Below are positions 20,991-28,284 of a stretch of DNA of 64,000 bases, one piece after another. The notes below the pieces were generated by a model, which saw only the letters and a program-made list of their open reading frames with translations, was not told where the DNA came from and ran no database searches. The DNA lies in NCBI GenBank assembly GCA_902766965.1, contig CACXFJ010000033.1:2589-66588 (forward strand), written 5' to 3'. Origin of the DNA: an uncultured Eubacteriales bacterium (GTDB lineage: Bacteria; Bacillota; Clostridia; Christensenellales; DTU072). The stretch's first letter is position 1, and each line of letters starts with the position of its first letter. The translations under genes and the position numbers were made by a program.

Positions 20991-22463
20991 GTGCAAGATA
21001 AAAAAATAATCGAAGTAAAGAACGTAAGTAAGATTTTCGACGAAAAGCCTGCGGTAAAGAACGTATCGTTTGCAATTAAGGAGGGCGAATTCGTCACTTT
21101 TCTCGGTCCGTCGGGTTGCGGCAAGACTACGATGCTCCGAATGATAGCGGGATTCGAGAAGCCCACCGAAGGTAGTATTTACCTTAACGGACAGGACATT
21201 ACGAATATTCCGCCGCATAAACGTCCCATCAACACCGTATTCCAAAAATACGCGCTTTTCCCGCATCTTAACGTTTTTAACAACATAGCGTTCGGACTTA
21301 AATTAAAGGAAATACCCACGGGAGAAATCGTCACCGACAAAAAGACGGGCGAGCAGTACGAAAAGATGCGTAAACTTACCAAGCAAGAAATCGAAGAAAA
21401 GGTAAATTACGTCCTTAAACTCGTCGATTTGGAAGATTACGGTCACCGTAACGTGAACAGCCTTTCGGGCGGACAGCAGCAGAGAGTAGCCATAGCGAGA
21501 GCGATAGTGAACGAACCGCAAATTCTGCTCCTCGACGAACCTTTGGGAGCTCTCGACCTCAAAATGCGTAAGGACATGCAGATAGAACTTATGAGCATGC
21601 ACAAAAAACTCGGCATAACTTTCGTTTACGTCACGCACGATCAGGAAGAAGCCCTCACGATGAGCGACACGATAGTCGTAATGAGAGGAGGCGCGATTCA
21701 GCAGATAGGCACTCCGCAAAAGGTCTACGACGAACCGGCTAACGCGTTCGTTGCCGACTTTATCGGCGAGAGCAACATTTTCAGCGGAATAATGTTGCAG
21801 GACAGGACGGTTATGTTCTGCGAACACGTATTCGAATGCGTCGACGCAGGATTTAAGAAAAACGAACCGATAGACGTCATTATCCGCCCCGAAGATATTT
21901 ATATCCTTAAAGGCAGTCAGGAAGTTGTTGACAAAGGTATGGTTCAAGCCACCGTCACAGCCTGCGTATTCAAAGGCGACCACTATCAGACCGTCGCGGT
22001 AATAAAGGGCGAGGAAGAGGAAAACGAAATCCTTATCCACGACAATATAGAATGCGAACCGGGCGAAATAATAGGACTTCACATCAAACCTTTCGACCTG
22101 CACATAATGCATAAGGCGAGAATAATAAACGAAATAGAAACCGAAATGTGGGATAACAATATAGTCGAAATCTGCGGCGGAAAGTTTGAATGTAACTTCG
22201 ACAAACCGTCGGGAACGAAGGTTCTCGTACAAATAGACTTCGACGACGTTGAAGTGTGCGACGACGAAAAAGACGGCGTGATAGGCGGCACGGTAATATC
22301 TTCCATCTATAAAGGCAGCTACTATCAGTGCGTCATTCGTACCGACGATTATTACGACTTCTTCGTGGATACCGAAGACGACTGGTTAAAGGGCGACAGA
22401 GTCGGTCTCAACATAAACAAAGACAAGATAATAATAAGCGAGAGAAAAGACAATGAAGAGTAA
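20991..22463 (+). CDS. potA: Spermidine/putrescine ABC transporter ATP-binding protein (long form, 490 aa)
   Basis: Walker A GPSGCGKTT, signature LSGGQQQRVAIARA, Walker B LLLDEPLGALD. GTG start 9 nt after GGAGGA. Carries an extra internal insert and two TOBE-like C-terminal segments. Confidence 0.85.
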   Translation: MQDKKIIEVKNVSKIFDEKPAVKNVSFAIKEGEFVTFLGPSGCGKTTMLRMIAGFEKPTEGSIYLNGQDITNIPPHKRPINTVFQKYALFPHLNVFNNIAFGLKLKEIPTGEIVTDKKTGEQYEKMRKLTKQEIEEKVNYVLKLVDLEDYGHRNVNSLSGGQQQRVAIARAIVNEPQILLLDEPLGALDLKMRKDMQIELMSMHKKLGITFVYVTHDQEEALTMSDTIVVMRGGAIQQIGTPQKVYDEPANAFVADFIGESNIFSGIMLQDRTVMFCEHVFECVDAGFKKNEPIDVIIRPEDIYILKGSQEVVDKGMVQATVTACVFKGDHYQTVAVIKGEEEENEILIHDNIECEPGEIIGLHIKPFDLHIMHKARIINEIETEMWDNNIVEICGGKFECNFDKPSGTKVLVQIDFDDVEVCDDEKDGVIGGTVISSIYKGSYYQCVIRTDDYYDFFVDTEDDWLKGDRVGLNINKDKIIISERKDNEE

Positions 22464-23274
22464 AGAATTTTTTAAGAGGGTAGGAAATAAGTGTAAAAAC
22501 TTCCGTCTTACGAGAAGAGTGTTTTCCTATCCGTATATTTTGTTCCTTTTGTTGTTTGTCGTTATTCCGCTCGTACTTGTTTTAGTGTACGCCTTTCTGG
22601 ACGCGAACAATAACTTCACTTTCGGCAACTTCGCCGCTCTGATAAAAGACGGCGCGAGTTTGCAGGTTCTGCTTACTTCACTTCTCGTAGGCGTGATTAC
22701 GACAGCCCTTTGTCTCGTGTTAGGATACCCAATCGCGTATATTTTGAGCAAATACCGTTCGGGCAAAGTGCTTGTATTGTTGTTCGTATTACCTATGTGG
22801 GTGAACTTTCTTATAAGGACGCTCGCCACGAAAGCCATCTTCGTCGCTTTGGATATTCAGTTGGGAATGGGTACGGTTTTGTTCGGTATGGTCTACAATT
22901 ATCTTCCCTTTATGATACTGCCGCTCCATACCACGTTAAGTAATCTCGACAAGTCGTACGTAGAAGCGAGCCAGGATTTAGGCGCGGACAAACTTACCAC
23001 TTTCGTCAAGACCGTGTTGCCCCTTTCCGTACCGGGGATAATCAGCGGAATGACGATGGTATTCATACCGACTATTTCCACTTTCGCGATAAGTCAATTT
23101 TTGAGCGACTACACGATATTCCTGTTCGGCGACTCGATACAGACAAAGTTCAGCAACAATATGTACGGCGTAGGCAGCGTAATGAGCCTTATTATGATAG
23201 CTCTCGTGCTTTTAAGTAATTTCGTTATGTCGAAGTTCAACAAGGGCGAAGTGACGGGGAGGAACTTATGGTAA
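22453..23274 (+). CDS. potB: Spermidine/putrescine ABC transporter permease
   Basis: Six TM helices. EAA-loop EASQDLGADKLTTFVKTVLPLSVPGI. Start overlaps the potA 3' end. Confidence 0.85.
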   Translation: MKSKEFFKRVGNKCKNFRLTRRVFSYPYILFLLLFVVIPLVLVLVYAFLDANNNFTFGNFAALIKDGASLQVLLTSLLVGVITTALCLVLGYPIAYILSKYRSGKVLVLLFVLPMWVNFLIRTLATKAIFVALDIQLGMGTVLFGMVYNYLPFMILPLHTTLSNLDKSYVEASQDLGADKLTTFVKTVLPLSVPGIISGMTMVFIPTISTFAISQFLSDYTIFLFGDSIQTKFSNNMYGVGSVMSLIMIALVLLSNFVMSKFNKGEVTGRNLW

Positions 23275-24095
23275 AGAAAATTCTCGAAAAATGTTATCTC
23301 GCGGTAATCCTTGCGTTTTTGTACGCGCCGATTATCTTAATAATAGTGTTCTCGTTCTCGAATTCTTCCACGTTTACGTTCAAGAACGGATTTAGTTTCG
23401 AAGCGTACGCTTCCATCTTTACTTCGGAAAAAACGCCCGAACTATTGGAAGCGGTCAAGAACACTTTCCTTATAGCCATTATTGCTTCGATAGTGTCCAC
23501 ACTTCTCGGCAGCGTTGCTTCCGTGGGGATATTCAGCCTCGGAAAACGTATGAGAAAGGTCGTCGAAAACGTCAACCAACTCCCGATAATAAACTCGGAA
23601 ATAGTTATGGCGGTCAGTCTTATGCTGTTTTTCGTTACGTTCAAGTTCCCGGCAGGATACATAAGAATAATAATAGGTCACATAGCTTTCTGTACTCCGT
23701 ACGTAGTATTAAGCGTAATGCCTAAACTTGCTCAGATGGACCCCAACGTGTACGAAGCGGCGCTCGACTTGGGCGCAAGTCCCATAAAAGCTCTTTTTAA
23801 GGTAATGCTCCCCATGCTCACGCCGGGAATAGTAAGCGGTTTCGTGCTTAGTTTTACATTGTCGATGGACGACTTTATCATTACGCAGATAAACAAAGGC
23901 GCGGCGACGGGGATAAACACCCTTTCCACTTATATATACGAAGACGCGAGACTGAAAGGACTTTCGCCCTTCTGGTTTGCGATATTCAGTATAATTTTCG
24001 TAGCGGTCCTTGCGATAGTTCTACTTCTTAACTTGAAAAAATCCATCGAAAACAGGGCTGCCGCAGCAGCGAAAAAGGAGGTAAAGAATGTTTAG
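23268..24095 (+). CDS. potC: Spermidine/putrescine ABC transporter permease
   Basis: EAA-loop EAALDLGASPIKALFKVMLPMLTPGI. Overlaps potB by 7 nt. GGGAGG RBS. Confidence 0.85.
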   Translation: MVKKILEKCYLAVILAFLYAPIILIIVFSFSNSSTFTFKNGFSFEAYASIFTSEKTPELLEAVKNTFLIAIIASIVSTLLGSVASVGIFSLGKRMRKVVENVNQLPIINSEIVMAVSLMLFFVTFKFPAGYIRIIIGHIAFCTPYVVLSVMPKLAQMDPNVYEAALDLGASPIKALFKVMLPMLTPGIVSGFVLSFTLSMDDFIITQINKGAATGINTLSTYIYEDARLKGLSPFWFAIFSIIFVAVLAIVLLLNLKKSIENRAAAAAKKEVKNV

Positions 24096-25506
24096 CGACA
24101 AAAAGTTAAAGATTATCTCCATAACCCTTATTGCCGTAATAGTAGTGCTTACCGTAGTATTTTTCGTTCTGCCCCCGCTCATTACCACTAAATACGACGA
24201 CGAACTGATAGTCTACAACTGGGCAGACTATATAGAGATGTCGGTACTCGACGACTTCGCCGAATACTATGAAAAAATCACGGGAAGAAGCATAAAAGTA
24301 GTGTACACCAACTTCGACACGAACGAAACGATGCTGACGGAAATAATAAAAGGCGACAGCAACATCGACCTTATATGTCCGTCGGAATACGCGATAGAAA
24401 AGCTCATAAGAAGCGGCGCTGTGAACAAGCTCGACTGGTCGGTATTAGACGAATATCCCGAAATAGAACGGTATTACGACGTCACGATAAATAAGGATAT
24501 TATCGATAAGATAGACGAAGTTTTCGTAGGAATAGACACTCCCGACGGCAAAGCCGATATGAACGATTATTTCCTTCCGTATATGTGGGGTACTCTCGGA
24601 ATACTCTACAACACCAAATACGTTTCCGACGAACAAGCGCGAGAAGCGGGCTGGGGACTTTTCTGGAACGCAACGAACATTCCCGAAATCGAAGGCAAAA
24701 TTCTCATAAAAGACAGTATAAGAGACACTTACTGCGCGGCGGTAATGTACCTGTACGAATATAACAAGCTCCCCGAAAAGTATATGGCGATGACGGGGGA
24801 CGAACTCATAAGCTGTACCGACGACGAACTTGTAACGTTGGTTGAAGAAGCGTTACGCGACCAAAAGAAACATCTCAAAGGCTACGAAGTGGACTTCGGT
24901 AAAGACGATATGGTCAAAGGAATAGCCTACGTAGACCTTGCGTGGAGCGGCGACGCGATGTACGCGATAGAAGAAGCCACCGACGACGACGGCAACAGTT
25001 ATCTTAACTATTATGCTCCGGAAGTGGGCGGCAATATATGGTTCGACGGTTGGGTAATGCCTAATTCCTGCAAAAATAAACTTGCGGCGCATATGTTTAT
25101 GAACTATCTCTGCAATCCCGATATAGCTATCCGCAACGGTATCGAAATAGGTTATGCCGCCTCGGTGGACACCGAAGCATACAGGAATTATCCCGACGCT
25201 GTCGATTATCTTTACGAAAGCTACGAAGTAGAACCCGATGACGGCGAATTCTACGACGAATTTTTCGGCGACGAAAGAAGATACGCCCCCATAAAAGGAA
25301 CCAACCTCGGAATGATGCGCGATTTCGGCTCGCAGAACGAAAAAATAGTGGCTATGTGGGAGAGAGTCAAAGCCCACGGCGAAACCGGCAACTGGGCTAC
25401 GCTCGGAATAATAATAGGCGTAATCGGCGGAGTAGCGTTAATCGCGGTAGGCTTAATTATTTGGAAATTCTATCGGAAACCGAAGATGAGAAAAGTAAAT
25501 AAATAA
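24088..25506 (+). CDS. potD: Polyamine-binding protein (PotD family) with N- and C-terminal transmembrane anchors
   Basis: LIVYNWADYI and PYMWGTLGILYN are PotD-type motifs. N-terminal TM ISITLIAVIVVLTVVFFVLPPL and C-terminal TM LGIIIGVIGGVALIAVGLIIW followed by a basic tail. Confidence 0.8.
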   Translation: MFSDKKLKIISITLIAVIVVLTVVFFVLPPLITTKYDDELIVYNWADYIEMSVLDDFAEYYEKITGRSIKVVYTNFDTNETMLTEIIKGDSNIDLICPSEYAIEKLIRSGAVNKLDWSVLDEYPEIERYYDVTINKDIIDKIDEVFVGIDTPDGKADMNDYFLPYMWGTLGILYNTKYVSDEQAREAGWGLFWNATNIPEIEGKILIKDSIRDTYCAAVMYLYEYNKLPEKYMAMTGDELISCTDDELVTLVEEALRDQKKHLKGYEVDFGKDDMVKGIAYVDLAWSGDAMYAIEEATDDDGNSYLNYYAPEVGGNIWFDGWVMPNSCKNKLAAHMFMNYLCNPDIAIRNGIEIGYAASVDTEAYRNYPDAVDYLYESYEVEPDDGEFYDEFFGDERRYAPIKGTNLGMMRDFGSQNEKIVAMWERVKAHGETGNWATLGIIIGVIGGVALIAVGLIIWKFYRKPKMRKVNK

Positions 25507-25518
25507 AATTATTTACAA

Positions 25519-25660
25519 ACGAATTTCGGCAAAGCCGAGCGAATTTCCGCCACAGGCGGAGGTAATTGCCAAGCCGTAGGCTCGGCGTGAATTACCCTAC
25601 GGGCGTGAATTTCCACTTCGTGGAGTTAATTGCCAAAATCAGAGATTTCGGCGTTAAGGA
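25519..25660 (+). repeat. Tandem array of six short heterogeneous hairpins with conserved linkers (left array)
   Basis: Units start at 25521, 25541, 25564, 25589, 25607 and 25628. Each is (G)AATTNCC, then a 4-9-bp stem with a 3-nt loop, then GNGT. The array begins 13 nt after the potD stop. Confidence 0.85.
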
Positions 25661-25674
25661 TATAAATATTAAGG

Positions 25675-25708
25675 CGGAATAGTTTTAAGTTCTATTTCGT
25701 CTTTTTAT
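25675..25708 (+). terminator. Rho-independent terminator (probable end of the pot transcript)
   Basis: 8-bp stem CGGAATAG / CTATTTCG (one G-U pair), 9-nt loop, then TCTTTTTATTT. Confidence 0.55.
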
Positions 25709-25749
25709 TTATCAACTATTTCAAGAAATGTGCGGGAATATACTTTGTT

Positions 25750-25830
25750 TGCGTATTATCCGAAAATTCGGGAAAAATAAAACTGCGTATTATCCGTAAA
25801 TTTCTATATTTTTATCTTGCGTTTTGTCGG
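25750..25830 (+). repeat. Three direct repeats phased at exactly 34 bp upstream of the DUF4143 gene
   Basis: TGCGTATTATCCG at 25750 and at 25784 (13/13 identical). TGCGTTTTGTCGG at 25818 overlaps the -35 hexamer. Confidence 0.6.
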
Positions 25831-25845
25831 AAGCTACGCTATAAT
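25817..25845 (+). promoter_or_regulatory. Sigma-A type promoter of the DUF4143 ATPase gene
   Basis: TTGCGT, 17-nt spacer, TATAAT, 35 nt upstream of the start codon. Confidence 0.55.
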
Positions 25846-25880
25846 TTTATTAAAGTATAATACGGTGCGGAGAATTTGTT

Positions 25881-27236
25881 ATGTTTGAAAGAAAGATTTA
25901 TAAAAAATTATTGGCGTGGAAACAAGACGCTTCAGGGGAAAAAGCATTGCTTATCGAAGGTGCACGCCGAATAGGTAAGTCGACTATCGCGGAAGAGTTC
26001 GGGAAAATGGAGTACAAAAGCTATATTCTCGTAGATTTTAATGACGTGAGCAACGTAGTCAAAGACGCATTCGAAAAATATCTGAACGATTTGGATACTT
26101 TCTTTTTGATATTATCCACCGAATATAATACAACCCTTTATCAGAATGAAACTTTGATTATTTTTGACGAAATTCAGCAATATCCGAAAGCAAGGCAGTC
26201 TATAAAAAAGTTGATTAAAGACGGCAGATACGATTATATCGAAACGGGTTCTTTAATTTCGATACGCGAAAATGTTAAAGGTATTACAATTCCGTCGGAA
26301 GAAAGACGAATAAACATGTATCCGATGGATTTTGAAGAGTTCTGTTGGGCACTCGGCGAAACAAAAATGACCGAGTATATAAGAAAATGCTTTGACGAAA
26401 AGAAACCTTTGGAAGACGCGTTGCACCATAAAGCAATGATGCTTTTCAAGCAATATATTCTCGTGGGCGGAATGCCGAAAGCGGTAGAAAAGTATCTTGA
26501 TAACAACCGCAGTTTCGCCGCTGCCGATATGGAAAAGAGAGATATTTTATCTCTTTATCGTAGTGATATATGCAAGATATACAGAAGCTATCGTTCAAAA
26601 GTACTGTCTATATTTGACCAGATACCGAGCTTTTTGTCGCGACACGAAAAGAGAGTGCGTTTGTCGTCTATCGAAGAAAAATCCACTTTTCCTATGTACG
26701 AAGATACCTTCTTTTGGCTTGGCGATTCCATGATAGTAAACGAGTGCTTCAATTGCGCCGACCCTAACGTAGGATTATCCATAAACGAAGGAAGAACCGC
26801 TCTGAAATGTTATATGGGCGACACGGGGTTGTTGGTGAGTCATGCATTTGATGAAAACGAACTTGTCGAAGAAAACTTGTATAAACAGATTCTTCACGAT
26901 AAATTAGCTATAAACGAAGGAATGATTTTCGAGAATGCTATTGCCCAATGCCTTGTCTCAAACGGATACAGATTATTCTTCTACACGCAGTACAACGCTG
27001 AGAAAAAACGTAATGATATCGAAATTGACTTCTTGATTTCCAACGGCAGTAAGACAAAACAAAAATTGTTCCCGATAGAAGTCAAGTCGGGGACAAGATA
27101 CACGACGACGTCATTGGATAATTTTATTCAGAAGTATCATTCGAGAATCGGACAAGCATATATCATTCATACGAAAAATCTCTGTCAGAAGGGAGAAGTC
27201 CTTTGCCTTCCTTCGTATATGGTGATGTGTTTGTAA
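25881..27236 (+). CDS. AAA+ ATPase (AAA_14-like) with a DUF4143-type C-terminal domain carrying a PD-(D/E)xK-like motif
   Basis: Walker A GARRIGKST and Walker B LIIFDEIQ. C-terminal IEIDFLIS...LFPIEVKSG resembles a restriction-endonuclease-fold D...E.K motif. GGAGA RBS. Composition is visibly more AT-rich and CG-poor than the neighbours. Confidence 0.8.
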   Translation: MFERKIYKKLLAWKQDASGEKALLIEGARRIGKSTIAEEFGKMEYKSYILVDFNDVSNVVKDAFEKYLNDLDTFFLILSTEYNTTLYQNETLIIFDEIQQYPKARQSIKKLIKDGRYDYIETGSLISIRENVKGITIPSEERRINMYPMDFEEFCWALGETKMTEYIRKCFDEKKPLEDALHHKAMMLFKQYILVGGMPKAVEKYLDNNRSFAAADMEKRDILSLYRSDICKIYRSYRSKVLSIFDQIPSFLSRHEKRVRLSSIEEKSTFPMYEDTFFWLGDSMIVNECFNCADPNVGLSINEGRTALKCYMGDTGLLVSHAFDENELVEENLYKQILHDKLAINEGMIFENAIAQCLVSNGYRLFFYTQYNAEKKRNDIEIDFLISNGSKTKQKLFPIEVKSGTRYTTTSLDNFIQKYHSRIGQAYIIHTKNLCQKGEVLCLPSYMVMCL

Positions 27237-27256
27237 ATAAATATCCAATCCGTAAC

Positions 27257-27504
27257 TCAAAATCAATGATTTTGAACTTCACTGCCGTAAGACAACTTCA
27301 CTGTCGTTACTACGACAACTTCACTCCGACAAATGTCGGAACTTCGTTTGAATTCGTCCTTAACGCCGAAATCTCTGATTTTGGCTATTCACTCCGCGAA
27401 GCGGAAATTCACGCCGAGCCTACGGCTTGGCAATTAACTCCACGCAGTGGAAATTAACGCCGAGCAAACGGCTCGGCAATTCACGCCCGCAAGGGCAATT
27501 AACC
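27257..27504 (-). repeat. Tandem array of eleven short hairpins of the same family, opposite orientation (right array)
   Basis: Units on the + strand start at 27257, 27276, 27295, 27318, 27341, 27362, 27390, 27410, 27436, 27456 and 27482. Linkers are ACTTCAC or (A/C)AC(G/T)CC...AATT. The array abuts the response-regulator stop codon (27505-27507). Confidence 0.85.
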
Positions 27505-28281
27505 TTACTCCGTCGTCGTAAGATTATTTTCTTTTTTCGTCGCCCATTCGTACGGACGCATATATTCGCCGTTGTAGGGGACGGGTTTGCCGTCGTCGTA
27601 GTCCCACGCGTCGCAACGGCAGTATTTTACGTTAAGGTTAAGGCGGGCGCGTTTTACGTCTATTATGTGGGATACGCGGTAGGACTGCAAGGTAAGACGT
27701 AAGCGGCAGACGGCGTCGCGGTAAAGTTTTTTGGATAAATCGACGGTTTTTTCGCCCCAAAGACAGGTTATTGCTTCTTCCATAGTGACGGTAGCTCCGC
27801 GGCGGTCTACGAGCAGGGCGAGAAGTTCTTTACTCTTCGCGCGGTTAAAGTCCACCACCGTATTGCCGACGTAGCAGTCGAAGTGGGAAAAAGCCTTGAA
27901 AGTCACGGTAATTTCCGAGTCGTGAACGAGGTTCTCCAAAATAGCGTTGAGGTCGGTTCTGTCGTAAGGTTTGTAGCAGAAAGCGTAAAAATTGTCACCT
28001 AATTCCTTTTTTATTTCTTCCACGTTCTGGGCATAACCCGTAATGAACACTACTTTTACGTCGGGATTTATTTTTATAAACTCTTTCGCTAAATCTATTC
28101 CGTTTATTTTCGGCATATTGATGTCGAGAAAAACCGCTTTGCAATAGTTTTTGCGTGCGAAGTCGAGCGCGGCGTCAATCTGCGTAGAAAACATATTAGC
28201 AGTGATTTCCGGATTGTCGAAAATGTGTGAAGAAAAGGTAAGCAATGGGGATATTTCGTCGTCTACTACTATTACGTTCAT
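27505..28281 (-). CDS. Response regulator: REC domain plus SARP/OmpR-like winged-helix DNA-binding domain
   Basis: REC residues VVDDE, FLDINMP, FITGY, YKP. The C-terminal half (FKAFSHFDCYVGNTVVDFNRAKSKELLALLVDRRGATVTMEEAITCLWGE) has the SARP-type wHTH pattern. Confidence 0.8.
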   Translation of the reverse strand: MNVIVVDDEISPLLTFSSHIFDNPEITANMFSTQIDAALDFARKNYCKAVFLDINMPKINGIDLAKEFIKINPDVKVVFITGYAQNVEEIKKELGDNFYAFCYKPYDRTDLNAILENLVHDSEITVTFKAFSHFDCYVGNTVVDFNRAKSKELLALLVDRRGATVTMEEAITCLWGEKTVDLSKKLYRDAVCRLRLTLQSYRVSHIIDVKRARLNLNVKYCRCDAWDYDDGKPVPYNGEYMRPYEWATKKENNLTTTE

Positions 28282-28284
28282 ATA

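Noticed and set aside
25519-27504. Possibility that the hairpin arrays are a CRISPR array or a degenerate one.
   Set aside because: There is no constant repeat of 20 nt or more. Unit length varies from 18 to 28 nt. The conserved part is only a 7-nt linker, while the palindromic part varies. No cas genes are in the window.
27203-27702. ORFs 27203-27457 (84 aa) and 27427-27702 (91 aa) in and next to the right hairpin array.
   Set aside because: They are translations of the repeat units and of the antisense strand of the response-regulator gene. They have no RBS and no protein-like composition.
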